A DNA stretch of 64,000 nt from Octopus sinensis (GCF_006345805.1 NC_043007.1:38936001-39000000); one strand, 5' to 3'. Counted from the first letter of the stretch, positions 12,873-24,798 are shown. The notes: a model not told the origin generated them from the letters alone. Numbers and translations: made by a program.

Positions 12873-13829
12873 GGAGTGGCTGCATGGTAAGTAGCTTGCT
12901 TACCAACCACATGGTTCCGGGTTCAGTCCTATTGCGTGGCACCTTAGCCGAGTGTCTTCTACTATAGCCTTGGGCTGACCAAAGCCTTGTGAGTGGATTT
13001 GGTAGACGAAAACTGAAAGAAGCCCGTCTTATATATATGTATATATATATGTATGTGTGTGTGTATATATCTGAGTTTGTCCACCTGACATTGCTTGACA
13101 ACTGATGCTGGTGTGTTACATCCCCGTATCTTAGCAGTTCGGCAAAAGAGACCAATAAACTAAGTACTAGGCTTACAAAGAATAAGTCCTGGAGACGATT
13201 TTCTCAACTAAAGGTGGTGCTCCAGCATGGCCACAGTCAAATGACTGAAACAAGTAAAAGAGTATTATTATTATTATTGAGTGAGAGAGCAGTTCATGCC
13301 ATCAAAGTGACACTGGGGTAAAATATACGAAGCCCAATATACCCATCATTACTCATCTGATAAGGGTACACCAGGCACATGCATCACAACCATATGTGCG
13401 CGACATGGTGATCTCATATCAAGGTAAACAGCACATGACCTTGCAGGTGGGGCCCAGTTAGAATTTTCTTCAGGTCGAGTAGCCCATCCCGCTCAAAAGG
13501 TCCCTGAATAAGGGTTGTTTAAGGATGTTGAAAGAACCACCCATGTTTCCAGAGGTGAATTATTCAAACCCCAAAGAATCCCTCTCAACACATGGCTATG
13601 ATGCTCCCCCACTACTTTTGCTTGTGATCAGAGATGCACATATCGTCAGCCACTAAGGGATATGTTGAACTGGTTAAGGTCAAACAACTGACAAGCAAAT
13701 CTGTGGTATTGAGCAGAATATTTGCTGTAGCCCATCTTTTATACCAAGACAAAACAATGTACATGATGACACTTCCAATCAGTTAAGATCAGAAGCCACG
13801 AGAGCCACTGCCTGGTACTGCATCAGGGC

Positions 13830-13879
<50 letters not shown>

Positions 13880-14091
13880 TATTATTAAGGCAGTGAGCTG
13901 GCAGAATCGTTAGCACGCTGGGTGAAATGCTTAGTGGAATTTCGTCTGTCGTTATATTCTGCGTTCAAATTCCATCAAGGCTGACTTTGTCTTTCATCCT
14001 TTTGGGGTCGATAAATTAAGTACCTGTTGCGTATTAGGGATGATCTAATTTTAGCCTCCTCCCCCCAAAATTTCTGACTTTGGTAGAAAGG

Positions 14092-14132
<41 letters not shown>

Positions 14133-15260
14133 CATTATTATTATTATTGCTTTCTTCACAGTTCGTCTAGAACAGATCAAAAATTCATTTGGAATGACAC
14201 ACTTATTTAAGAAAACAGTTCCAAAACTTTCCCATGATGGTAATGAAGCTCCTTCACAAGATGAAGCTGAGGGTAAGGCACTGAAGAAGGGATTTTATTT
14301 ATATATCTATTTATTTTGTTGCCTTTTTTTTTTTTTACTTGTTTCAGTCATTTTTGTGTGGCCATGTTGAGGCATTAGTTTTAATGAATAATAATAATTC
14401 CACACTGCAAAGATCACATCACAGAAGATTGAAGAGCTTTATTGGGAAAAAATTCCTCATCCACCTTATTCTCCCAACCTTGCTCCTTCAGACTACCATT
14501 TGTTTCGTAGTTTACAGAATCAATTGGGGGGGGGGGGACATAACTTTTGACAAGCCAGGAGGAGGTCGAAATTGAGATTTCAGAGTTCTTCGCTTTGAAA
14601 CCAAAAGGGTTTTACATTGATGGGATTAAAAAGCTTGTAAATACATGAAAGGAAGTCATAGATAATCAGGGAAAGTACATTGATGATTAAATTTCAATTA
14701 AATATAACATTTGATCACTTGTTTTCATTATTCAAAATTCAGACAGAACTTATGGAATGACCTGATATTTCATCAAACAAATGGGGATGAAAGGCAAAGT
14801 TGACCTGGGTGGCAGTTAATCTGGGAACCTGAAGGCACATAGCTTAGTGGTTAGTGTATCCAGCTTATGATTGCAAAGTTGAGAGTTCAGTTTCTGGTGT
14901 TGCATTGTGTCTTTGAGCAAGGCTCTTTATTTCACATTGCTCTAGTCCACTCAGCTGGCAAAAATGAGCAGTACCTGTGATTCAAAGGGCCAGCCTTGTT
15001 ATATTCTGTGTCATGCTGAATCCCTCTGAGTACTACATTAAGCTTATGTGTATCTGTGGAGTGCTCAGCCATTTGCATGTTAATTTTATGGATAAACTGT
15101 TTCATTGATTGGATCAGTTTGAGCCCTTGTCATTATAACTGACAGAGCACCATTTTTTTTTTGTTTGTTGGTTAGTTTCTCAACATCCCTAGTGGAAATT
15201 TTGTCCTTTAATTGCAAGGATAATCAAGCTTAATTACAGCTCACTATATTTCATGAGACT

Positions 15261-15310
<50 letters not shown>

Positions 15311-15600
15311 TTCTTTCTCTCTCACACACACATGTAGAAATTTGCTGTAGCTCTGATATAATATTAATCCTTATAACGTTACTGCTGCAAAGCTTTTGAC
15401 AGTTTCTAATCCCTTCCAGCGTTTGACCCCACCTCATTATTAAGTTATTAATCTGAGTATGCTGCATTTAATATTTAGCTGGGCTCTTCTCATGTGAATG
15501 TGTGTGTGTGTGTGTGCAAGTGTGTGCATATTTATAAATGTTTGTATGCATGTATATATATATATATATGCACATATATATTCATATGTACACATGTATA

Positions 15601-15658
<58 letters not shown>

Positions 15659-16891
15659 CACATATGTATATATACATATATACATACATATGTATATGTG
15701 TGTGTCTTTGTGTGTAAATGACACGCATTGTCTTCCAAAGATAGAAATTAAGTCCCTGGCTATATTCTTGGTTACATTTATGTTGAATTGCTCTCAGTAT
15801 TAAAACTGACAGCTACGCCACTTAACTAAAGATGGGATGTATTATATAGCTGCTGTGCACTTGAAGACCTTCTGTCCATCTGAAAACCCAGAGCCTACTA
15901 ATATTGATGCAATAAACCTTACATAGTACCTGGCTATTGATGATTGTAAATGAAGTCTGGATAGGGTGTTTTCCCTTACACCACAGTAGTCCAGCAAACA
16001 ACAGCAATATTCCTGTTCTGCTACATATTTGATAACCTGACCTGTTCTTGATCATTGATAATTGGCTTTGCCGATGCTTTGCTGAATACTCAATTCCCTG
16101 ACAATTGCCTCAATGAGCAAATATGTACAATATGACCTCTCCATGGTTCTTTGAGCCGTTACCAATCTCTGTTCTTCTCTCTTTGTTGTAGCCCATGTTT
16201 CACTACCATATAACATTGCAGGTAGAACTGTGCTATTGATGAGGTTGGCGCAGGTGGTCCTGTTCAACCTTTTCTTGAGCACATCCCTTATGACAATAAA
16301 CGTCTTCCATCCGGCCCTTACTCACATATACATTAATTTCTTATGAGTTATAGAAACAGTATTGGTTCAAAATAGAAATCTGTGTATCATACTTAGAGCA
16401 GATACATTGTTGAAAGCCTGACAAACTGAAATATTTATCTGAAGATAACAACTATTATAGATATATAGTGTTAGAAACTGCAGAAATATATGAGTAGTAG
16501 ATAAAAATTATACAGCAGCTGTTGTGACAGACACTCACACATAACTGTGTGTGTGTGTTGACTCTATAACATCAATGTACAAATGATGAAACATCCTCAG
16601 TGTCGTTATTACCTTTTGTGTTAATGTTCTTATTTTCATTGTTCTCATCAATGTTGTTATCACATGAAATTTAAGGCTCTCTTAAATTTGTTTTCTCCCA
16701 CAGGTATCCCATGCATTAGCAGCGAACAAGACTGTGCCATCTGTATGGCCAACACTCGGGACTGTCTGCTCTGTCCTTGTCATCACATGGTCACTTGTTA
16801 TGTTTGCTCAAACATGCTTCTCAACAAGCAGGATGGATGTCCAATATGTCGAAAAGACATCACAGAAATTGTCAAAGTGTATCATTCATAG
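2948..16891 (+). CDS. Multi-exon gene (5'-partial): 3-hydroxyacyl-CoA dehydrogenase-like NAD-binding domain fused to a C-terminal C3HC4 RING finger; join(2948..3084,5869..5974,6503..6597,8813..8909,11034..11132,14162..14272,16704..16891)
   Basis: Seven GT-AG-bounded exons (833 nt) splice in one frame to 276 aa plus stop: (G)[276 protein letters not shown]. Every junction phase is compatible. Confidence 0.88.
3463..3908. repeat. 134-bp tandem repeat, ~3.3 copies
   Basis: taccaaccactttac starts at 3463, 3597, 3731, with a degenerate fourth start at 3860. Confidence 0.9.
3909..4313 (-). mobile_element. Internally deleted hAT transposon
   Basis: Imperfect TIRs CAGGGCTGGATT / CAGCACTGGATT, 8-bp TSD cccccagc / gccccagc (7/8). 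Minus-strand peptide [33 protein letters not shown] resembles the C-terminal tail of hAT transposases. Confidence 0.85.
5495..5685. repeat. Compound (GAT)/(GGT)/(AGT) microsatellite
   Basis: Directly visible. Confidence 0.95.
5869..5974 (+). CDS. Gene 1 exon: [20 protein letters not shown] motif
   Basis: Acceptor ttattctttcag, donor gtaagt. Matches the family motif D(AC)D(LF)xxEAxxEx(L)xxKxxxF of 3-hydroxyacyl/3-hydroxybutyryl-CoA dehydrogenases. Confidence 0.93.
6355..6465. repeat. (CTT)n microsatellite just upstream of the 6503 acceptor
   Basis: Directly visible. Confidence 0.95.
6503..6597 (+). CDS. Gene 1 exon: [17 protein letters not shown] motif
   Basis: Acceptor ataacttag, donor gtaaga. 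Aligns with the family motif I(FL)ASNTSSLxITxIA. Confidence 0.9.
7909..8330 (+). mobile_element. Non-autonomous Helitron-like element
   Basis: 5' TC(TC)TATATATAAA start after A, gtctgt microsatellite near the 5' end, subterminal GC hairpin cctgggcaacgccggg (8303-8318), 3' CTAG followed by T. Confidence 0.7.
8813..8909 (+). CDS. Gene 1 exon: [17 protein letters not shown] motif
   Basis: Long pyrimidine tract plus cacag acceptor, donor gtaagg. Aligns with GLHFFNPVxxMxLVEV...TSxET. Confidence 0.92.
9885..10241. mobile_element. Foldback/MITE-like palindrome, 167-bp arms with 23-bp spacer
   Basis: 9885-10051 is the near-perfect reverse complement of 10075-10241. Confidence 0.9.
10471..10733. repeat. 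Inverted repeat, 60-bp arms, 143-bp spacer (Penelope-end-like sequence)
   Basis: tataaatatatgaaagaatggagttgaacgacgaattaacaaaatt.ctttattttcgac pairs with 10674-10733. Confidence 0.85.
11034..11132 (+). CDS. Gene 1 exon: end of Rossmann domain (FLEKMGKT) and start of helical linker
   Basis: Acceptor ttgcatttgacag, donor gtaatt. 99 nt, phase 1-1. FxxxxGK matches the end of 3HCDH_N. Confidence 0.85.
12873..13263 (+). mobile_element. tRNA-derived SINE family A (internal TA/TG microsatellite)
   Basis: A-box-like tggctgtgtgg, B box ggttcagtcc, tail aatgactgaaacaagtaaaagag. Other full copies at about 18826, 38308, 44791, 50066, 60956, 62616. Confidence 0.85.
13279..13831. mobile_element. ~550-bp interspersed element flanked on both sides by (ATT)n, copy 1
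   Basis: Colinear and highly similar to 31746-32301, with the same ends (gagtgagagagcag...catcagggcat). Confidence 0.85.
14162..14272 (+). CDS. Gene 1 exon: linker
   Basis: Acceptor gctttcttcacag, donor gtaagg. 111 nt, phase 1-1, open frame joining the flanking exons. Confidence 0.78.
14405..14766 (+). mobile_element. Mariner transposon 3' fragment with right TIR
   Basis: Encodes [28 protein letters not shown] (YSPDLAPSDY motif) ...[12 protein letters not shown]. Ends in aacttatggaatgacctgata, a mariner-type TIR ending in TA. Confidence 0.9.
16100..16325 (-). mobile_element. RTE-clade LINE fragment
   Basis: [16 protein letters not shown]...[34 protein letters not shown], the post-RT region typical of RTE ORFs. 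Confidence 0.85.
16704..16891 (+). CDS. Gene 1 terminal exon: RING-HC (C3HC4) zinc finger
   Basis: Acceptor ttttctccccacag-type tract. C-x2-C-x11-C-x-H-x3-C-x2-C-x10-C-x2-C, then a stop 13 residues later, as in C-terminal RING-HC E3 ligases (MGRN1/Neuralized/Mind-bomb style). Confidence 0.93.
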
Positions 16892-17584
16892 ACATTATTG
16901 CACTAACCATAACACATTATAATCACACATATTTTCATTATATTCAGATATAAAGGAGCAGCAAGCTGGTGGAATCATTAGCATGCCAGACAAAATGCTT
17001 AACAGCATTTCTTTCAAATCTTCATGTTCTGAGTTCAAATTCTGCCAAGGTTGACTTTGACTTTCATCCTTAGAATAAAGTGCCAGCCCAGCACTGGGGT
17101 TGGTGTGATCAACTTGCCCTCTCCCCTCAAAATTTTTAGCCTTGTGCCAAAATTAGAAACAGTTATAAAGGCGGTGAATTGGCAGACTCATTAACAATGC
17201 TGGATAAAATGCTTAAGAGCATTTCATCTGACTTTATGTTCTGAGCTGAAATACTGCCGAGGTCAGCGTTGCTTTTCATTCTTTTGGGGGTCAATAAAAT
17301 TAAGTATCAGTGGAGTACTGGGGTCAGTGTAATTGAGTACTCCACCCCAAAATTTCAGGCCTTGTGCCTATATTGGAAAATATTATATATAAGTATAGCA
17401 GATGAGGTGCAGATGAGGGCAGCTGCATCAAACTCTCATGCACCAAATGTCAATTGCTAAAAAGCATTCGTGAAGTAAAATCATGTAGCAACACCGAATG
17501 GTGGTGCTCCAGCATGGCCACAGCTGAAACTAGATGAAAAATGAAAAAAAAAATGAATTACGTTGCTGTTCTTTTATTTGTAAT

Positions 17585-17905
17585 CTATGGATTACAGTAA
17601 TCTATGGGATTACAACTGGAGGAATTAGGAGCCCAGAAATTGAGGCTGGTGAAGTTGTGGAAATTCTTTGACAGCCACTTCTGACCCTTTCTAGTTGTAT
17701 GGCAAAGAGCTAAATCCTGCTGCCACACATATGGCCTTCAAGCAGCAACCATCTCAAGCCAGGGTATGATGACAGTCTCCAGCAGTTAAACATAGCCATC
17801 TGAATGGAACCTGAGACTGTTCAAAGATGTCAGGGAAGCGTGATGTCAACCTCACTGGAGGCACATCCCAAGACCATCACAATTTGGGGGTACTTGGTGT
17901 TCATG
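17585..17905 (-). mobile_element. Decayed DD37D (maT-type) Tc1/mariner transposase fragment
   Basis: ...RPYVWQQD-(37 aa)-D in LALCHTTRKGQKWLSKNFHNFTSLNFWAPNSSSCNPID; in-frame stops upstream. Confidence 0.85.
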
Positions 17906-18305
17906 ATATGTAGGACACATTTTACTGCCTTTACAATTTTCAGTCAGTATTGTGATATATAGTGTGAATCACCAACATACAGTTGACTCTTTTCTGATAT
18001 TCAGATAGCTTCCTGTCCTCATGTGAGTTAACTATTTTCAACTACAACTTTAACCTTTATGCTGTCAAAAACCATTGGCTGTTCACTAATACATGAAGCT
18101 GTTCCTAATAAAAGGGGACATAAAAGTCATCCAATTTAGCCTGAACATTCTTGCACTCTTATTACAACATTAAGAGATTTTAACTCTTATTTCTAGCAAT
18201 GTAGGTGCTTTGGCACCTCACTCACATTTAATGACATTTAAATTTTTCCTTTATGGTATTATGTTATGCCTAGCTGTTTATATTAATTTTTAGCATATAC
18301 ATACA

Positions 18306-18349
<44 letters not shown>

Positions 18350-19172
18350 TATATGCATACATTTATAAGAAATAAGGCAGGGAGTATTAATAATACTTTC
18401 TCTTGGATAGATTTCTTTCATATGAATGCAAATTCTGAAAAAATACATATGCAGTAATTGTATTGATGCCATTTACCATTTTATTTATTTACATTCCAAT
18501 TTTCTCTGAGGTTCTTCTGCTTTTAATAACTATTTCTGTAAAGAGATTGTAATATGAAATATACTTTGGTATATTTAGGAAATCATATCTCTTTCAAAGT
18601 TTTGAATTTTATATATTGAATGATTTTGCAGTATATTTTTTTATTGCTTCCTGCTGAAAACTCTGGAGAGATGAAACTATCTTTTGAGTCCATTTTTAAA
18701 TATATTTTTATTGTAGTGAAATATTATCTTCAATGTCATTGTAATGCATTGTATTGAGATTTTTCGTTTTGCTACATATAATATAGTTAGCACATGCTTT
18801 GGCAATATTTATATATATTATATAGGCATGGCTGTGTGATAAGCAGCTTGCTTCCCAACGACATAGTTCTAGGTTCAGTCCCACTGCGTGGCACTTTGGG
18901 TAGCTATCTGTCAAAGCATTGTGTATGTATTTGGTAGACAGTAACTGAAAGAAGGCTGTACATATGTATATATGTCTGTTGGTTTTTTGGCCACTACCAG
19001 TTTGACAACTGGTGTTAGTGTATTTATGTTCCTGTAACTTAGCAGTTCAACAAAAGAGACTGATACAATAAGTGACAGGCTTAAAAAAGTAAGTACTGGG
19101 GTTGATTTATTTGACTAAAATTCTTCAGGGCAGTGCCCCAGTATGGCCACACTCAATGACTAAAACAAGAAC

Positions 19173-19216
<44 letters not shown>

Positions 19217-19451
19217 TCATCATTATCATCGTTTAACGTCCGCTTTCCATGCTAGCATGGGTTGGACGATTTTGACTGAGGGCTGGCAAACCAGATGGTT
19301 GCACCAGTCTCCAATCTTGATTTGGCAGAGTTTCCTCAGCTGGATGCCTTCCTAACGCCAACCACTCCGAGAGTATAGTGGGTGCTATATATATATATAA
19401 CAAAGTGAAGTTGTAAGATACCGCACAAGTGGAAATATATATGAAAGAACG

Positions 19452-19758
19452 TTTGAAAATACAATTTTAAAAGGTGTTTGTTCACTATACCGGTTTCACT
19501 TTTTTAGAAAAAGATTGTGAAAAGTAGCATGTAAAAGCTTTGTTGTGTTAAGTACTAGTTGTCACAAAATATTACAATACATATATGCATTCTATTACAA
19601 TACATATATACATATATACATGTATATATGTATTGTAATATTTTGTGACAACTAGTACTTAAGACAACAAAGCTTTTACATTTTACTTATGGCAATCTTT
19701 TTCTAAAAAAGTGATACCGGTCAAGTGAATAAACATCTTTTAAAATTGCATTTTCAAA
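19452..19758. repeat. ~300-bp imperfect palindrome (foldback)
   Basis: tttgaaaatacaatttt...cacaaaatattacaatacatata is mirrored by tatatgtattgtaatattttgtg...aaaattgcattttcaaa. Confidence 0.85.
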
Positions 19759-19876
19759 TCTTCTTTCATATATATATATATATATATATATATTCACACA
19801 CTCACACACACATGTATGTATGTATGTATGTATGTATGTATGTATGTATGTATGTATGTATGTATATGTATATGTA

Positions 19877-19923
<47 letters not shown>

Positions 19924-20111
19924 ATCCAAACAAGAAAGCACAAAAAAACACAACAATGCGAGGATGTGGAACAAATATAGTATTATTGGATGCTCAGGAA
20001 AGAAGGAGGGTTTAATGTTTCGAGCGGAGCTCTTCGGCGGAAACATAGGAGAAGGAAAGATCCAGAGAAGGGAAGACAGAGGAAAAAAATCGCCAACGGT
20101 ACACACGCGGT

Positions 20112-20165
<54 letters not shown>

Positions 20166-20498
20166 CATATATATCAGTAGACAGTAATGTAAAAACATTA
20201 CGGAGGATATATATATATATATTATATCTATATCTATATATATATTATGTAGATAACGTTAAAATCCAAGCTTGTCTTCCTAAAGAACAACTGCTTATTC
20301 TAGTACTCCAAAGTTGTATATTTGTTATATTTGTGTGAGGTATGCATAAAAGTTGAAAATTCTAGAAGATAATTTTTGCAAAGTGATTATGTACCAAAGT
20401 AGGAGATTGGAAAAAAAAAAAACTTTTGGTATCAATTTAATGCACAATATTTTTCCAGTCTTCGTTTTTTGCTGTGCACACACACACACACATGCACA

Positions 20499-20529
<31 letters not shown>

Positions 20530-21140
20530 CATGCATACACACACATGCACACACACACACACATGCACACACACACACACATGCACACACACACATGCAC
20601 ACACACACACACACACACATACACACGTATGTAAACATGTATGAATACATGTATGTATATCTGTATGTATATATGTATATATGTATGTATATATATATGT
20701 ATGTGTGTATATATATATATATATATATGTATGACATATGTGTACTATGTGTTTATTTATTTTGGTAGTGTTGACTTTAAGAGTCCCTCCTAGCATGTGG
20801 CATTTATGTATAGTAATGCCCTCAATATAAATAAATATATTTAAGAGAAAAATTGATGGGCTTATTCTCTTCTGAGGTTTTTCATGCTAACTACTTGATA
20901 AATTCTTATAAAGATTTTATCCTATTTTTAAATTGTATATATGTATGTATTTATATGTATGTTAGTTCAATTTGAAGATTCCACTAGAGTGGATGAAAGC
21001 GCTAATATATGATGTATGATTTATAAAAACATGTAACATACTAATAAATATCTGTAAATATAAAATCATCTGGATTTCTGAGTACCTCATTTCTTCTAAT
21101 ATATATTTATATATATGTATCTCTCTATATATACATATAT

Positions 21141-21187
<47 letters not shown>

Positions 21188-21504
21188 TGTATGTATGTAT
21201 GTATTTATCATATACATAGAGAGATACATACACACACACACAAAACACAGATGCAAAAGCATGCACATATAAGGATACACATCATAGAAGAGCAGAATGG
21301 GCTAAGTGGAACAGGAGCACACACAAAGACAGAAAGTGTCACTGAAAAGGTCACAGATGTGTGACAAAAGATTTGCAGACAGTAGTCATAAGTTGAAATA
21401 AGAACAGTAATAAACAAGTGAAGAATGAATATATAGTGCATGTGTTAAGGTTTGCAAAAAAAAAAAGAAAATCCTGAAATTCAACACTATATATGTGTGT
21501 GCAT

Positions 21505-22260
21505 CAGTGGCGATTCCAGCACTCGGGCTGTTCGGGCTTAGCCTAAGTATAAATTTAGTAAGTGGACATGTATTTGCAAGCTGATTTAATTTCTGCCAAC
21601 ATTGATTTCAAGTGTTTAATCTCAGCCAATTACTTGGGCTCCTTTTACTGAACCTGATTGCATTTATTTTCGATCAGCGTCTCGCATCATCTTAGAGGTG
21701 CCTTGTGTCAAAAAATATCATTTGTAGCGGATGTTCTCTCGACATCATTCACACGCGCCTGACTTAGGCTCAGAAGTTACAGCTCGAGTTGTTATCTATA
21801 AGCATAAAATTTAAAAGTAATTCAAATTCAATGTTTTCTTGGAACAATAAATTTCTATAGAGATTAGGATTTAAATTCCAATCTATGAAAAGTTTCCATT
21901 CTACAGTATTCTCAAAGGAACAAAAGATAATCCAGCAACTCAGGCTAATGCAAACGTGTCCGGTAGGTGTAAAAGACTAACTGGCATCTCTTGTCAAGAG
22001 TACAGGTGACAGTCAGATCTCCAATGTTTGTTGTGCACTATATTATCATTATTTGAGTGCTGTTATTCAGTTGTGTTTTGTAGGGTTACTTTATTTTCAC
22101 CCTTAACTTAGAAATGTAGAAAGACAGTGCTAAATATTAAAAAAAAGCCATTTTGGGCTAGAAATATTGTAGAAAAACATGAAATTCTTTGAGCAGGCAT
22201 GTGCCTTATGCGAAATCTGTGATGAGCCTGAGTGATACTGATGACCTGGAGTCACCTCTG
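21505..22260. mobile_element. Putative non-autonomous hAT-like DNA element
   Basis: Ends CAGTGGCGATTCCAG...CACTCGGGCT and reverse complement CAGAGGTGACTCCAG...CACTCAGGCT. No clean TSD found. Confidence 0.45.
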
Positions 22261-22923
22261 ATGTGTGTGTGTATACATATCATCATCATTATCATTTAAC
22301 GTTCACTTTCCATGCTGGCATGGGTCGGAAGGTTTGACTGAGTGCTGGCAAGCCAGAAGGCTGCACTAGGCTCCAATCTGATCTAGCAAAGTTTCTAGAG
22401 TTGGACACCCTCCCTAATGCCAACCATTCTGAGAGTGTAGTGTGTGCTTTCTATGTGCCACCGGCATGAGGGCCAATCATGTGGTACTGGCATTGACCAA
22501 GCTTGACTGGAGCTTTTTGTGTGCCACTGGCTTAGGAACCAGTCTGTCAGCACAGGCATCGACTATGCTCGAATGGTGCTTTTTATGTGCCACTGGCACA
22601 GGAGCCAGTGAGGCGTCACTGGCAATGAGCTCGCTCAAATGATGTTTTTTATGTGCCACCGGTATGGCTGCACATCAGGCAGTACTCTCATTGGCCACAA
22701 CAGTGACTTCACTTGACTGAACAGGTCTTTGCAAGGGCAATATATTGCCCAGTGATTGAAGGGTACTCTTAAATGGGCCGGTTATGTTGCACTGGCATAG
22801 GCCACGGTTATGGTCTCACTTGGCTTGCTGGATCTTTTCAAGCACAGCATATAGGTCACTTCTCATCGCCTCTGTGAAGTCAAACGCTTGAAGGTTGTGC
22901 TTCACCACCTCATCCTAGATCTT

Positions 22924-22971
<48 letters not shown>

Positions 22972-22988
22972 ATGTATGTATATGTATG

Positions 22989-23031
<43 letters not shown>

Positions 23032-24293
23032 ATATATATATATGTTTGTATATATATATATATATATGTATGTATATGTATATATATCATCTTAATGTCC
23101 AGGCCGAAGCTTGCACTGGACCTCTGTGACTGCTTTGGCAGGATTTTTATAGCTGGATGCCCTTCCTAACACCATCCACTCAGCAATACATGTATGTATG
23201 TGTGTATATATGTATATGTACGTATATATAGGTATGTATGTGTTTGTACATGTTTACACATATACATACACATATACACACACTCACACACATACATACA
23301 CACATATACACACACAAATACACACGAAGGCCTTCTGTATTTGTTTTTCTTTCATAGAATTCCTCTCATAAAGTATTGGTCAACCCAAAAGTTTGGTCAT
23401 GTCTGACCTTGGAAGTATAAAACAAGAACACAGCAGCAACAACAACAATAACATATCCTGTAGCAAAGTGGGATAATTCAGTGTGTAAAATATTCAGAAG
23501 TGAATTTAATAAACCAGTTTTAATGACCTCATGGTCTGGTTTACAATAATGACTTGGAGTAACAAAAACTGGTGTTGTTGCTTGTGGTTAATTTGTTGTT
23601 GTTGCTGTAGTTGTTGCTTATGGTTACTGCTGCTGTTGCTGTTGCTGCTGCTGTTACTGTTGCTGTTGTTGTTGCTGCTGTTGTTGTTGTTGTTGTTGTT
23701 GTTGTAGTTCTGGCTATTGTCAACACTGCCATTGTTGTTTTTTTTGTGTCAGCTACAATTGCTACTGTTGTTATTGTATTTGCTGTTGTATATCCACCAA
23801 GTGTGAAGGCACGTGGCCCAATGGTTAGGCTGTTGCACTCACAATTGCTAGGTTGTGAGTTCAACTCACTGGCTGGGCAGCGCATTGTGTTCTTATGCAA
23901 AACACTTCATTTCATGTTCTTCCAGTCCCCCCTTCTATCATTGGCCTGCTCACTTATCCAACAGGGGTGGCATAACTCGGAGGCTAAAACAATGTAAAAA
24001 CACATAGTAACCAGTGAAGTGTAACAACATTTGATAGCCTGGCCAATCACGTGATATCCAGTGATATCCGATAAGTACCAGTACTATTGTTATTGTCATT
24101 TAGCCCCAGGTCAGCTTGGATCCAGCCATAACCATGCCATATTTTTCTTAAATCAGGACTAGGGCATTCTTCAATGTTTACTGTCTTTATTAAAAAAAAT
24201 TTGTATGGGAATGATTTGAAGAAAATATTATCTGCCATAATGAATGATCAGATAGAGGCTTTCTCAGTGTCTTAATTTTTTTCCTCTGTCATT

Positions 24294-24322
24294 GTGTTAG
24301 TAACTACTACTACTACTACTAT

Positions 24323-24388
<66 letters not shown>

Positions 24389-24452
24389 GCTACTACTACT
24401 GCTACTGCTGCTGCTACTGCTGCTGCTGCTGCTACTACTACTACTACTACTA

Positions 24453-24486
<34 letters not shown>

Positions 24487-24708
24487 GCTACTGCTGCTGC
24501 TACTGCTGCTGCTGTTGTTGTTAAGCAACAAGATGGGTAAGGGTGATTAGGTGATGGTCTAGGGCTTAGGGGCGGGAGACCTCAGACCTTGGAAAAAAAA
24601 AACTTTGGTCATCTTGTAGTTGAGGGTTCTTTGTTGACGCCCGACACCACTGGGAGGTGACCCTAGAAGTCGCTGGAAATGGAGATCTCCAGGTCCAAAT
24701 TCTTGAAT

Positions 24709-24739
<31 letters not shown>

Positions 24740-24743
24740 ACTG

Positions 24744-24798
<55 letters not shown>

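Noticed and set aside
15820-16110. Protein-like plus-strand stretch ([25 protein letters not shown]...) in the last intron of gene 1
   Set aside because: Multiple stops, no splice sites compatible with gene 1, no recognisable family.
17978-18100. Minus-strand acceptor/donor pair (ccccttttattag ... gtatgt)
   Set aside because: Stops in all three frames; can be neither supported nor linked to a gene from sequence alone.
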